Part shown: piece by piece, positions 56,047 to 64,000 of the stretch
How positions within the stretch are numbered: position 1 is the first letter of the stretch
Layout: every line of letters starts with the position of its first letter
Assembly: GCA_001780035.1 (NCBI GenBank)
Contig: MFEY01000007.1
Coordinates: 6,212-70,211, forward strand
Source: Candidatus Doudnabacteria bacterium RIFCSPHIGHO2_12_FULL_48_16
GTDB taxonomy: Bacteria > Patescibacteriota > Doudnabacteria > UBA920 > O2-02-FULL-48-8
Direction of reading: 5' to 3'
Length of the DNA: 64,000 nucleotides
Notes under the pieces: generated by a model
The model's input: the letters and a program-made list of their open reading frames with translations, nothing else
What the model was told of the DNA's origin: nothing
The model's database searches: none
Made by a program: the position numbers and the translations under genes

Positions 56047-57510
56047 ATGATCAAAACTTGGTTATCGCAAACTTCCATGTATCGCCTGATGATTTATTAT
56101 CTGGGGGCATTATTGCTCGCGGGCATGGCATTGAGCATGTTCGGCATCTTGCCATATGTCTGGTGGCACATCGGTTTTGATTTTGCCATCCTCTGGCTCT
56201 CCTGCGCCCTTACCAGCTGGTTATGCGCGAAGATTTTCAGAACCCAGCGGAACCCCGAATCAGAACTGATCACCGCGTTGATCCTGGCCTTAATTGTTGG
56301 GCCGCTGGATCCGTTAATTTATTCCAATTTATTGTTGCTCGCCGGGGTCGGGGCAATTTCACAGGCCAGCAAATATCTGCTGGCGATCAACAAAAAACAT
56401 ATTTTTAACCCGGCCGCGGTGGCCGTGCTGCTGGCGGCGCTGTTCCTGCATCAAGGCGCTTCGTGGTGGGTCGGTGACCGACACCTGCTCTGGATCATGG
56501 TAATTGGCGGCGCTCTGATTTTGCACAAATTGCGGTGGTTCCATCTAAGTCTGAGTTTTCTAATCCCTTATCTGGCCGTCCTTACAGCCCAGCAAGGATG
56601 GCGGCTCGATTATCTGGCCATCCTCTCGCCGCTGCTCTTTTTTTCAACAGTAATGCTGATTGAACCGTTAACCAGCCCGACTGGCCGACGAAAAAGGATC
56701 CTTTACGGGGTTTGTACCGCCTTGATCTTGGCCGGACTGATTAACTATTCCTCGCTGCCTTATACGCTCGAGCTCGCTTTGATAATAGCAAATTTTGCAT
56801 TTTGGTGGACCAAAATCAAGCAGCGAATAATTTTAAAATTTATAAACAAGGAGCCGGGAGCCAAGGACATCTATAAATTTTGGTTTGAACCGTTAAAAAA
56901 ATTCAGCTTCCGCCCCGGCCAGTTTCTCCAGTGGACCCTGCCACATTCGCGCGCCGATGACCGCGGCACCCGGCGCTGGTTTACTATTGCCTCGTCACCG
57001 ACCGAAGAAAAAGTATTGTTAACCACCAAATTTTCCGATCGATCGAGCACCTTCAAACAGGCGCTACGCGAGCTCAAGCCCGGCGCGGAGATTGCCACCA
57101 GTGATCCGGATGGCGATTTTATCCTGCCGATTGATCCGACAATGAAGCTAGTTTTTATCGCCGGCGGCATCGGCATCACTCCATACCGTAGCATGATCAA
57201 ATATTTGCTCGATACGAAGCAGTCGCGGGATATAATTATAATCTATGCGGCCAAAACGGCTGAAGAATTCAGCTTTAAAGAATTACTCGCCCAAGCAACC
57301 GAAATAGGACTGAATACTATTTACATTCAAACCGAAAAAACTGGTTTTATTACGCCGGAAATGATAAAAAAAGAAATTCCGGATTGGGCCCAGCGCACGT
57401 TTTACATTTCCGGCCCGGAACCCATGGTTGAAGCCTATGAAAAAATGCTAAAAGAAACCGGCATCAAGGATGCCGGAATCAGAACTGATTTCTTTCCAGG
57501 ATACGAATAA
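56047..57510 (+). CDS. NqrB/RnfD-like membrane domain fused to an FNR-type FAD/NAD-binding reductase
   Basis: KHIFNPAA, MLIEPLTSP; PGQF, RWFTIASSP, AGGIGITP, SGP..MV. Confidence 0.85.
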   Translation: MIKTWLSQTSMYRLMIYYLGALLLAGMALSMFGILPYVWWHIGFDFAILWLSCALTSWLCAKIFRTQRNPESELITALILALIVGPLDPLIYSNLLLLAGVGAISQASKYLLAINKKHIFNPAAVAVLLAALFLHQGASWWVGDRHLLWIMVIGGALILHKLRWFHLSLSFLIPYLAVLTAQQGWRLDYLAILSPLLFFSTVMLIEPLTSPTGRRKRILYGVCTALILAGLINYSSLPYTLELALIIANFAFWWTKIKQRIILKFINKEPGAKDIYKFWFEPLKKFSFRPGQFLQWTLPHSRADDRGTRRWFTIASSPTEEKVLLTTKFSDRSSTFKQALRELKPGAEIATSDPDGDFILPIDPTMKLVFIAGGIGITPYRSMIKYLLDTKQSRDIIIIYAAKTAEEFSFKELLAQATEIGLNTIYIQTEKTGFITPEMIKKEIPDWAQRTFYISGPEPMVEAYEKMLKETGIKDAGIRTDFFPGYE

Positions 57511-57918
57511 TTATTCAGTCACCGTAATCTTACCGAAAGAGCTGGAATTCAGATGGTCATGAAACTTCCAGCTGCCGACTTTTCCGAAAGTGAATGACCA
57601 AGTTTCGCCCGGAGCAATGGCGCGTTTGGAATCAAACTCCGGATAATCGGTGTGCGTCGGATGCGGCGCGGAAGCCGGCCAATGAGGCTTGCTGTCAGTG
57701 TTTACAAATTTAACCAAGTCGCCTTTTTTAATGGTCAGGGTGGCGGGATTAAATCCAGCGGCCATATTAATTTCGTATGTTTTGGGAGCCGCGGGTGCTG
57801 CTTGGTTTTGGTTGTTGTCTTGGCTGCTTGGGGGATTTGGATTGGCCGCCGGTTGGGATTTATTGCAGGCCGCGGCCAGAAGCGCCAGGCCCAGAAACAA
57901 AATTGCAAGTTTTCGCAT
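57511..57918 (-). CDS. Cupredoxin-like lipoprotein
   Basis: Lipobox LAAAC; HWPASAPHPTHTDYP; WKFHDHL. Confidence 0.8.
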   Translation of the reverse strand: MRKLAILFLGLALLAAACNKSQPAANPNPPSSQDNNQNQAAPAAPKTYEINMAAGFNPATLTIKKGDLVKFVNTDSKPHWPASAPHPTHTDYPEFDSKRAIAPGETWSFTFGKVGSWKFHDHLNSSSFGKITVTE

Positions 57919-57942
57919 ATTTTTTGTGGTTAATTGTTTTAA

Positions 57943-58338
57943 TTATAATTGAGAGGTACAGAAAGGACACCGAGTCGCGTTGATACTGACGCTGTTGCGG
58001 CAATAAGGACATTCCTTGGTGTGCACAATGTCGGATTGCCGGCGGCGAAACCGGTTCATTTGCTTGACCACGAGGAAAATCACAAAGGAGACGACGGTGA
58101 AATTGATAACCGTATTAATAAACGAGCCTAAGGCCAAGGTGTGTCGCCCGGGCAAACCGATGGTAATATTGTGGAAATCAACTTGGCCGATGATTAAAGA
58201 TAATATCGGGTTGAATAAATCATTGATAATCGAATTCACGACTTGGCCGAACGCGGCCCCGATAATTACGCCGACCGCCAGATCCAGGGCATTGCCTCTG
58301 ACCGCGAATTCCTTAAATTCTTTCCAGATTTGCCTCAT
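57943..58338 (-). CDS. mscL: Large-conductance mechanosensitive channel with C-terminal zinc ribbon
   Basis: [22 protein letters not shown]; CPYC...CPFC. Confidence 0.95.
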   Translation of the reverse strand: MRQIWKEFKEFAVRGNALDLAVGVIIGAAFGQVVNSIINDLFNPILSLIIGQVDFHNITIGLPGRHTLALGSFINTVINFTVVSFVIFLVVKQMNRFRRRQSDIVHTKECPYCRNSVSINATRCPFCTSQL

Positions 58339-59233
58339 GAGCTTCGCTGTTAACCAAGGTTAGTTTAGTAATTCCTATCAATAAAATCAAGCCGCCGATG
58401 ATCTGCATGCTCTCCAGCGTGGCACCCAAAAATATCCAGTTCACGATCACGGCCGCAACCGGAAAGGCCAGTTCGCAAAGCGTAGCCACGGCCGCCTTGG
58501 TCGAGCGCAGACCGTAATAGTAGAGCAAAAGCGAGGCAAATCCCGCAATAATCGCGGTTATAAACACAAACAGCCAATCCTTGCGCGTGGTCAAATTAAT
58601 TTGGGACAGCGTGTGGTAGTAAACGTTCATGAAAAATAGAAAGACCAACGCCGACAAAAACCGCAGGGATGTCATCATCTGGAAGCTTACTTTATTGAGC
58701 ACGTAGCGGCCAAAAACTGTGGAACCGCCCCAGAAAAACGCCGCGCCGAGCGCCAGCAGAACGCCAAGCGTGTCGGAATTCCACGTCCAGCCAGCCGGTT
58801 TGAAATCCGGAAACGTCACCAGGTAGGCGCCAAAAACAGCCACAACCGTCCATGTCCAGAAATCTTTCGATAATTTCTCACCCAACACCCATACTGCCAG
58901 TAGTATGGCGATCAGCGGCTGCAGCTTTTGCAGCAAAATTGCCACCGTGGGATTAAGATAGTGGAAGCTCTGAGTAAACAGCACTGTGGCCAAGGCCGAG
59001 CCGCCAAAACCGATAAAAATCACGGACAACCACTCGCGGCCGGATAAATTTTTTAACTCCCTCAGGCGCGGTAAGAAAATCGGCAGGACGAAAAACGCGA
59101 TCAGGATATGCTCCATGAGCACAATTACGGTCGAAGACAGCTGACCGCTTAAATATTTGCGAAACGGCGCGTCCACTGCCCAAAGCACCGCAGCCAAAGC
59201 CACCATCCAGGGACCAAAATTTTTATTAGTCAT
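58313..59233 (-). CDS. EamA/DMT transporter, probable riboflavin importer
   Basis: 10-TM DMT pattern; downstream of the FMN riboswitch; start placed at MTNKNF. Confidence 0.82.
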   Translation of the reverse strand: MTNKNFGPWMVALAAVLWAVDAPFRKYLSGQLSSTVIVLMEHILIAFFVLPIFLPRLRELKNLSGREWLSVIFIGFGGSALATVLFTQSFHYLNPTVAILLQKLQPLIAILLAVWVLGEKLSKDFWTWTVVAVFGAYLVTFPDFKPAGWTWNSDTLGVLLALGAAFFWGGSTVFGRYVLNKVSFQMMTSLRFLSALVFLFFMNVYYHTLSQINLTTRKDWLFVFITAIIAGFASLLLYYYGLRSTKAAVATLCELAFPVAAVIVNWIFLGATLESMQIIGGLILLIGITKLTLVNSEAHEANLERI

Positions 59234-59242
59234 TTCAGATCT

Positions 59243-59384
59243 TTCTTCTCCCCTTGCGGGAGAAGATGCCCGCAGGGCAGATGAGGGGTAAAAAAAATAA
59301 TAGCCCTCGTTCGGGGCATAGCGAGAAATCACCCTCTCCTGTCCGGTCAGTTGACCGGACATCCTCTCCCGTCGAGGGAGAGGA
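59243..59384. repeat. Family C copy between riboswitch and transporter
   Basis: Same ends as 38781-38934. Confidence 0.85.
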
Positions 59385-59405
59385 TTAAGCAGAAAGAGTC
59401 TTTCG

Positions 59406-59543
59406 CCTTCTTTCATCCAGACTATACTGTCGCCTCCGGAATCAAACCGGATCGTGCTCTTTCAAGCTCGCGGGGTATACCGCCGGTGGGGAATTCTCTG
59501 CCCGCCGAAGCCTCGGCGAAGGAGGGTCACCCCGCCCTGAAGG
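59406..59543 (-). promoter_or_regulatory. FMN riboswitch (RFN element) with a 31-nt insertion
   Basis: CTTCAGGGCGGGGTGA[ins]AATTCCCCACCGGCGGT...GATCCGGT..GATTCCGG..CGACAGTATAGTCTGGATGAAAGAAG. Confidence 0.92.
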
Positions 59544-59593
59544 TTAATTGCTTTGATTATAGCTTATACAAAATTGGTAGGCAAACTATTCGC

Positions 59594-59950
59594 CTATTCG
59601 CGCGAATTAGACCCAAAGAATTCTCTAGCCGCCTTTTCGTCTTTCTTCATTTGCTCCACTAACTCAGATTGCGAATCAAATTTTTTATTCTCGCGAATTT
59701 TTTTTAGAATTTCAACTTCTATCTCCTGGCCGTACAAATCGCCATTATAATCCAAAATATGAACTTCGCCATGTCTGACAGTTTCGCCGAAGGTTAGATT
59801 GGACCCAATGAAAACTAGTGACGGCCGATTATTCGCCAAACCAACATAAATACCATCCTTAACCTCTTGGGCCAAATCAAAATTCGCCGTGGGAAATCCC
59901 ATCGCTCTTCCTCGTCCCTGGTCTTTTTTTACTAATACTTTATACTTCAT
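59594..59950 (-). CDS. Stand-alone riboflavin kinase
   Basis: GR.MGFPTAN, EVHILD..GDLYG, IR..KKF. Confidence 0.9.
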   Translation of the reverse strand: MKYKVLVKKDQGRGRAMGFPTANFDLAQEVKDGIYVGLANNRPSLVFIGSNLTFGETVRHGEVHILDYNGDLYGQEIEVEILKKIRENKKFDSQSELVEQMKKDEKAAREFFGSNSRE

Positions 59951-60413
59951 ACCTTATACTTCTTCGCAACTTCGAACTCTTATAAATCTGCGGCCAATGG
60001 GGTTTGAGCCGCACGACCTTGGTTTTCTTCAACCCATGCTTCTGCAACTCTGTCTCGAGGGTTATTATCTGTTTTCTGTTATCTGTTATCTGACTAATAT
60101 ACAATCCTTGATCATACCCCAGGGCAATCACATCCGGTCGTGCTTTCACAATATGCGGCCAAGGGTCAATTTTGCCCCCCAAAACGATTTTATCGACATA
60201 AGGGACGCTTCCCAGGTTTGCCAGGCGCTGTTTTTCATCGTGGACCGGCCGCTGACCTTTGATTTTGATGACATTTACATCGCGGGCCACGGACACGATC
60301 AGAAAATCACCCAAAGCTTTGGCCTGCTTGATAAAATCCACATGTCCGGGATGCAACAAATCAAAGACTCCAAATACCATGACTTTAATTTTTTTTCTAA
60401 CTGTAAATATCAT
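59940..60413 (-). CDS. RibL-like FAD synthetase (cytidylyltransferase family); start uncertain
   Basis: FGVFDLLHPGH, VARD, LGYDQ, KSS. Confidence 0.85.
   Translation of the reverse strand: MIFTVRKKIKVMVFGVFDLLHPGHVDFIKQAKALGDFLIVSVARDVNVIKIKGQRPVHDEKQRLANLGSVPYVDKIVLGGKIDPWPHIVKARPDVIALGYDQGLYISQITDNRKQIITLETELQKHGLKKTKVVRLKPHWPQIYKSSKLRRSIRYEV
60065..60092. repeat. Four TTATCTG-type heptamers inside FAD synthetase
   Basis: ttatctg ttttctg ttatctg ttatctg; encodes QITDNRKQI. Confidence 0.8.
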
Positions 60414-60663
60414 GATCACCGATATCGATAAAACCAACCCGGCCTTTCCCTAGAAACTCAAAAAGCACTCGATATGAGTGCGTAATTGAAAAAGACCAAT
60501 ATTTTTTCTGTTTACCGCCAAGCTTATGGGTCTTCAGTCTAGGATCGAAGCAGTTATTTTTAAAAATTTTTTCCCGTTCTATAACAATTACTTTTTGATC
60601 TCGATCCAATTTTCTTAACGCTCTCAAAAAATGATTAGAATAACTAATCTCTTTGATTTGCAT
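60397..60663 (-). CDS. RelE/YafQ-family toxin
   Basis: F.RALRKL, LKTHKL.G, SFSI..SYRV, DIGDHDIY. Confidence 0.85.
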   Translation of the reverse strand: MQIKEISYSNHFLRALRKLDRDQKVIVIEREKIFKNNCFDPRLKTHKLGGKQKKYWSFSITHSYRVLFEFLGKGRVGFIDIGDHDIYS

Positions 60664-60666
60664 AAT

Positions 60667-60894
60667 TTAGCCCATCAAATCCGCCAAAGAACCTTTAAGA
60701 ACCTTTAATTTGCCTTCCCGCTTCTCTTTTTTATAAATCTTAATTGCTTGTTCCATTTCCATCTCCTCCAAATAGCGGCGTAAGGCTGTCCTTAAAAATT
60801 CCGAACGGGTCATGTGTTGTTTTCTTGCAGCTTTCTCTGATTGAGCCACCATTTCCGGCGGCAATGACACCGTAACTAAAGACGAAGTTCTCAT
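60667..60894 (-). CDS. Ribbon-helix-helix (CopG) antitoxin
   Basis: VTVSLP..M...TRSEFLRTALRRYL. Confidence 0.85.
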   Translation of the reverse strand: MRTSSLVTVSLPPEMVAQSEKAARKQHMTRSEFLRTALRRYLEEMEMEQAIKIYKKEKREGKLKVLKGSLADLMG

Positions 60895-60904
60895 ATATTA
60901 TTAG

Positions 60905-60921
60905 TTAATACTAAGTATTAA
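60905..60921. promoter_or_regulatory. Palindromic TA operator candidate
   Basis: TTAATACT-A-AGTATTAA. Confidence 0.55.
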
Positions 60922-60985
60922 TAGTGTATCATGTCATAATTATTACGTCAATTAGTCTGCTTGCCGTTTTCTTTTTTTTGCCATT

Positions 60986-62365
60986 TTACTTTTTACCTTT
61001 TGATTTTAACTTTCGAACAATCCCCATATTCGCATCGACTTCGACCAGCTCGCCGTCTTTTAATGATTTGGTCGCTATCTTGGTTCCAATTATACATGGA
61101 ATATTAAGCTCCCTGGAAACGATTGCCGCATGGCAAGAAAGACCTCCTTCATCAGTTACAATTCCTCCAGCCTTTTTCATAATTACTGTATAGTCCGGCG
61201 TAGTCATGTTAGTTACCAAAATATCACCAGGTTTTAGCTTATTAAATTCAGCCTGCCTAAGAATGATTTTGGCCTCACCTTGTACTAACCCACGGCAGGC
61301 TACCTGACCCTCAAGTCCATTTTTATTGATTTTGTCCGGCTTAGTAACGTGACTATATAATTTCTTTACAATTGGGCCGGTCCATAAAATTTCCCGATTA
61401 TTTAAATAACCATGCGCGTATCCCTGATGACGGTTTTTGACATCACGCTTGGCTACCAATATGTTGTTATTGCGCAAAGACTGAACGACTTCCTCATCAC
61501 GCATCTGAAAAAAATCCTCCCTTTTAATATTCAAATCAGCCGCCAGTTGCTGGGCCAAGGGTTCAAAACTAAACCAAATTTGCTGAGAAATTTCTTTCAT
61601 TCGGTTACGTAAATAAATGCCAGCCTGAAGGCCAACGAGTATATAATTATTTCCCACATGGGGATGGCCGGATAGTTTTTTCGAACTAATATTTTTTATT
61701 TCTTCTCGAACATCCTTTTCTGTATAGTTATCAATAATATTGTATGCTGTTTTTATCCAACCATATTTCTTAACATGGTTACGGATCATTTCCTTCTGTT
61801 TGCTTCCCGAATTAGATTTAATCGAGATCAAAGATAGGTGGAGGCGGTCAACGTCCAACACTTTATAAGATCTGGCACCCGCAAGGAGTGTCGGATTTTT
61901 CAATTGTAACTCCTTCTCACAATAGTTAGTTAAAGGAACGGCTACGATATAATACTTTTGTATGCGCAAAAGCAGAGTCTTATATTTTTTTAAAGTAGTC
62001 AATTTCTCGGTTACGGTGGCCTGTGACCAGTTTTTATGCTTTAAATATTTACAGAACGAATGAGCCTCTCCCGCTGCCTTGTCGATTTGTTGAACCAACT
62101 TCAGAGGCCATTTTTTATCCTGCTTGAATGCAGCGATAAATTTATCGTAGAAATTTTTTGTCGCTGCATTATCGTATAAGTTAGCATCGTTAACCCAAAA
62201 AATTGAATTATATTTAAGCACAACCGACCGCGAAATATTTAAGGGTTGCAACTCTGCCTGACTTACAATTGCGCGTGATTGCAAATACCCGGGTCTTTTA
62301 ACCCTTAAATCCCAATCCTGAGAAACAAATTCTTTTTCAAGTTGTTTAGTGGGTATGGTAATCAT
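60986..62365 (-). CDS. PEP-utilising enzyme mobile (His) domain protein, no ATP-grasp domain seen
   Basis: GDILVT.MTTP, GGLSCHAAIVSRE..IPC; start placed at MITIP. Confidence 0.85.
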   Translation of the reverse strand: MITIPTKQLEKEFVSQDWDLRVKRPGYLQSRAIVSQAELQPLNISRSVVLKYNSIFWVNDANLYDNAATKNFYDKFIAAFKQDKKWPLKLVQQIDKAAGEAHSFCKYLKHKNWSQATVTEKLTTLKKYKTLLLRIQKYYIVAVPLTNYCEKELQLKNPTLLAGARSYKVLDVDRLHLSLISIKSNSGSKQKEMIRNHVKKYGWIKTAYNIIDNYTEKDVREEIKNISSKKLSGHPHVGNNYILVGLQAGIYLRNRMKEISQQIWFSFEPLAQQLAADLNIKREDFFQMRDEEVVQSLRNNNILVAKRDVKNRHQGYAHGYLNNREILWTGPIVKKLYSHVTKPDKINKNGLEGQVACRGLVQGEAKIILRQAEFNKLKPGDILVTNMTTPDYTVIMKKAGGIVTDEGGLSCHAAIVSRELNIPCIIGTKIATKSLKDGELVEVDANMGIVRKLKSKGKK

Positions 62366-63999
62366 AACTTCCTCACAATCCCCTTGTTCGCATCGACTTC
62401 GACCAGCTCGCCGTCTTTGAAATTCGTCATGGCGTTTTTTAACGCCACTACGCACGGAATGCCAAATTCCCGCGACACCACGGCCGCATGGCAAGTCAGG
62501 CCCCCGACCTCGGTGACGATCGCTGCCGCGCGCTTCATCGCCGGCAGATGATCCACACATGTCGCATAGGTAACCATAACATCTCCATTTCTAACCTTGT
62601 CATTCTGACCGGAAAAAGCCACGATCCGAATTTTGCCCCTGACTTTTCCCGGGCTGGCGCAGGTTCCCTTACTTTCATCCCCACCCTGGATGGGTTTAAC
62701 ATAACTTTCTATATGTTTAAATAAATTTTCCGCTTCGATAGGGTTAAGGTTAAGTCTTTTTTTCATACCCAAATCATAACCCCAGCCTCCATACTTTCCC
62801 TTTTTCGCCTGTATATTTTCTATGAACTGTTTACCCCGCAATGCATCCACTAGTTCTTTTTCGGTTAACCCACGCAGCTGTTTAGAAGAAAGATATAATC
62901 TCGCCTGGGATTCGTTGAATAAAGGCATGAGAAACTTGCCTGCATAACTTACAAAATATTCGGCTTCGTTTCTTACGTCTAAAGCCAAACCAAAATCTAT
63001 GAATATTTGCAGACTTTTTTTCCCAAGCCTGTATTTTTTTACAATCTTAGAAATATCGCGGTTGCGAATAATCCTATAGTACTTTAGTTCTTCCAGTTCT
63101 TTTATTAAATCTTTTAATTTACTTTTGGTTAAGTCTTTTAATCCCTGGGTATAATGTTCAGCTTGCCAACCATCTCCGTAAGTAAATATCGGCATCCAGC
63201 CAAATTGCTGGGCTAATATTTTAGACGCGGCTAAAAAAGAGGTTTTCTTATTTTTTATTTTTATCGCTTGAAACAAAACAGCTCTTTTCTCAGTCAGTGT
63301 GGTTGAAATTTGTTCGGGTTTGATTAAAGCAAACATGACTTCGTTATACTCTTTGCTTCCGAAATTTAAACCGGCTTCTTTTTGCAGAATGTTCTTCATC
63401 AATGGGGTCCAGTATTCTTCCCCCAGCCAGCCAAATTGATCAAAAACCACCACATGATGGACCCAACGTCTGATCTCCTCTATAGATTTAGCCAAACCTG
63501 CATTCGAAAGTTTATGAGGGTTTTTATAAATTCCTCGCACCGCGGCCTTGGCTTTTTCGTCTAAGGAATAAAAAGTTCTAAGCTTACGGCTTAAGGCCAG
63601 GTAATCGTTTTGGTTTATTTGGACAATTTGCTTGTGCAGTAAAGTGAAATATTTGGTGGGCACATAGGCGTGCATATATCCATCCTCGCCTGTATACATC
63701 GTCAGAATACCCTTGGGGATGCCAAAGGTTTGTTTGAAAAATTCATTGGTATTTTCGCCATACCAAGTGCCGGTGTCCAACGGCGGGGTATTCCACTTCC
63801 CCATTTTGGTCACCCTAGTTTTGAAATAATGATTCCGCATTGCGTTCATTATACGATAAACCGCAGCATTGACAAAATCGCCAAAAAGTGCTAATATATA
63901 TAGTTCGTAGCTGTTCTTTTTTAGATGCTGAATTCTGTGAGTTTTTCTGTGCCCTGGAATTTCCAGTTCAGACACAAACTCATAGCAATTCCCATCAAC
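62362..63999 (-). CDS. Second PEP-utilising mobile-domain protein (frame open to window edge; start uncertain)
   Basis: GGLTCHAAVVSREFGIPC. Confidence 0.82.
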   Translation of the reverse strand, partial: VDGNCYEFVSELEIPGHRKTHRIQHLKKNSYELYILALFGDFVNAAVYRIMNAMRNHYFKTRVTKMGKWNTPPLDTGTWYGENTNEFFKQTFGIPKGILTMYTGEDGYMHAYVPTKYFTLLHKQIVQINQNDYLALSRKLRTFYSLDEKAKAAVRGIYKNPHKLSNAGLAKSIEEIRRWVHHVVVFDQFGWLGEEYWTPLMKNILQKEAGLNFGSKEYNEVMFALIKPEQISTTLTEKRAVLFQAIKIKNKKTSFLAASKILAQQFGWMPIFTYGDGWQAEHYTQGLKDLTKSKLKDLIKELEELKYYRIIRNRDISKIVKKYRLGKKSLQIFIDFGLALDVRNEAEYFVSYAGKFLMPLFNESQARLYLSSKQLRGLTEKELVDALRGKQFIENIQAKKGKYGGWGYDLGMKKRLNLNPIEAENLFKHIESYVKPIQGGDESKGTCASPGKVRGKIRIVAFSGQNDKVRNGDVMVTYATCVDHLPAMKRAAAIVTEVGGLTCHAAVVSREFGIPCVVALKNAMTNFKDGELVEVDANKGIVRKL

Positions 64000-64000
64000 C

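Noticed and set aside
1-64000. Alternative genetic code (UGA=Gly, as in Gracilibacteria and Absconditabacteria)
   Set aside because: TGA terminates gpmI, pgk, mreB and others at expected lengths, and conserved genes are uninterrupted in code 11
1-64000. tRNA, rRNA, prophage, DGR or autonomous transposase
   Set aside because: No cloverleaf or T-arm signatures, rRNA motifs, reverse transcriptase, integrase or DDE/HUH ORFs recognised

Overview
64 kb of core genome from a CPR/Patescibacteria bacterium. Support: uL30/rpmD is missing between rpsE and rplO, metabolism is fermentative, and genetic code 11 fits. Most genes are on the minus strand. Gene content: rseP-frr, holB, murB-murA-mreB, recJ-rnhA, a glycolysis/pentose-phosphate cluster (tpiA, rpiB, rpe, split tkt, pfkB, fba, gap, pgk, gpmI), the str/S10/spc ribosomal clusters through secY-adk-adk-map, and a flavin/redox region with an FMN riboswitch. 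No tRNA, rRNA, CRISPR array or transposase was seen. Five non-genic or structural features stand out. (1) A family of ~100-bp MITE-like elements sits exactly on ATGAA start codons, with a 4-bp TGAA duplication that rebuilds the start codon. (2) Palindromic and heptamer micro-elements of ~30 bp are inserted in frame in essential proteins (uS19, transketolase, GpmI, RecJ, Pgk, FAD synthetase) and in the FMN riboswitch. (3) Synonymously diverged duplicates of gene ends (pfkB 3' end three times, rplP 5' end twice) mark accretion of a variable surface-protein cassette array. (4) A ~200-nt structured ncRNA candidate has its own promoter and terminator. (5) Small regulator genes are each bracketed by their own repeated or palindromic motifs. 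All family assignments come from motif recognition by eye; no database searches were run.
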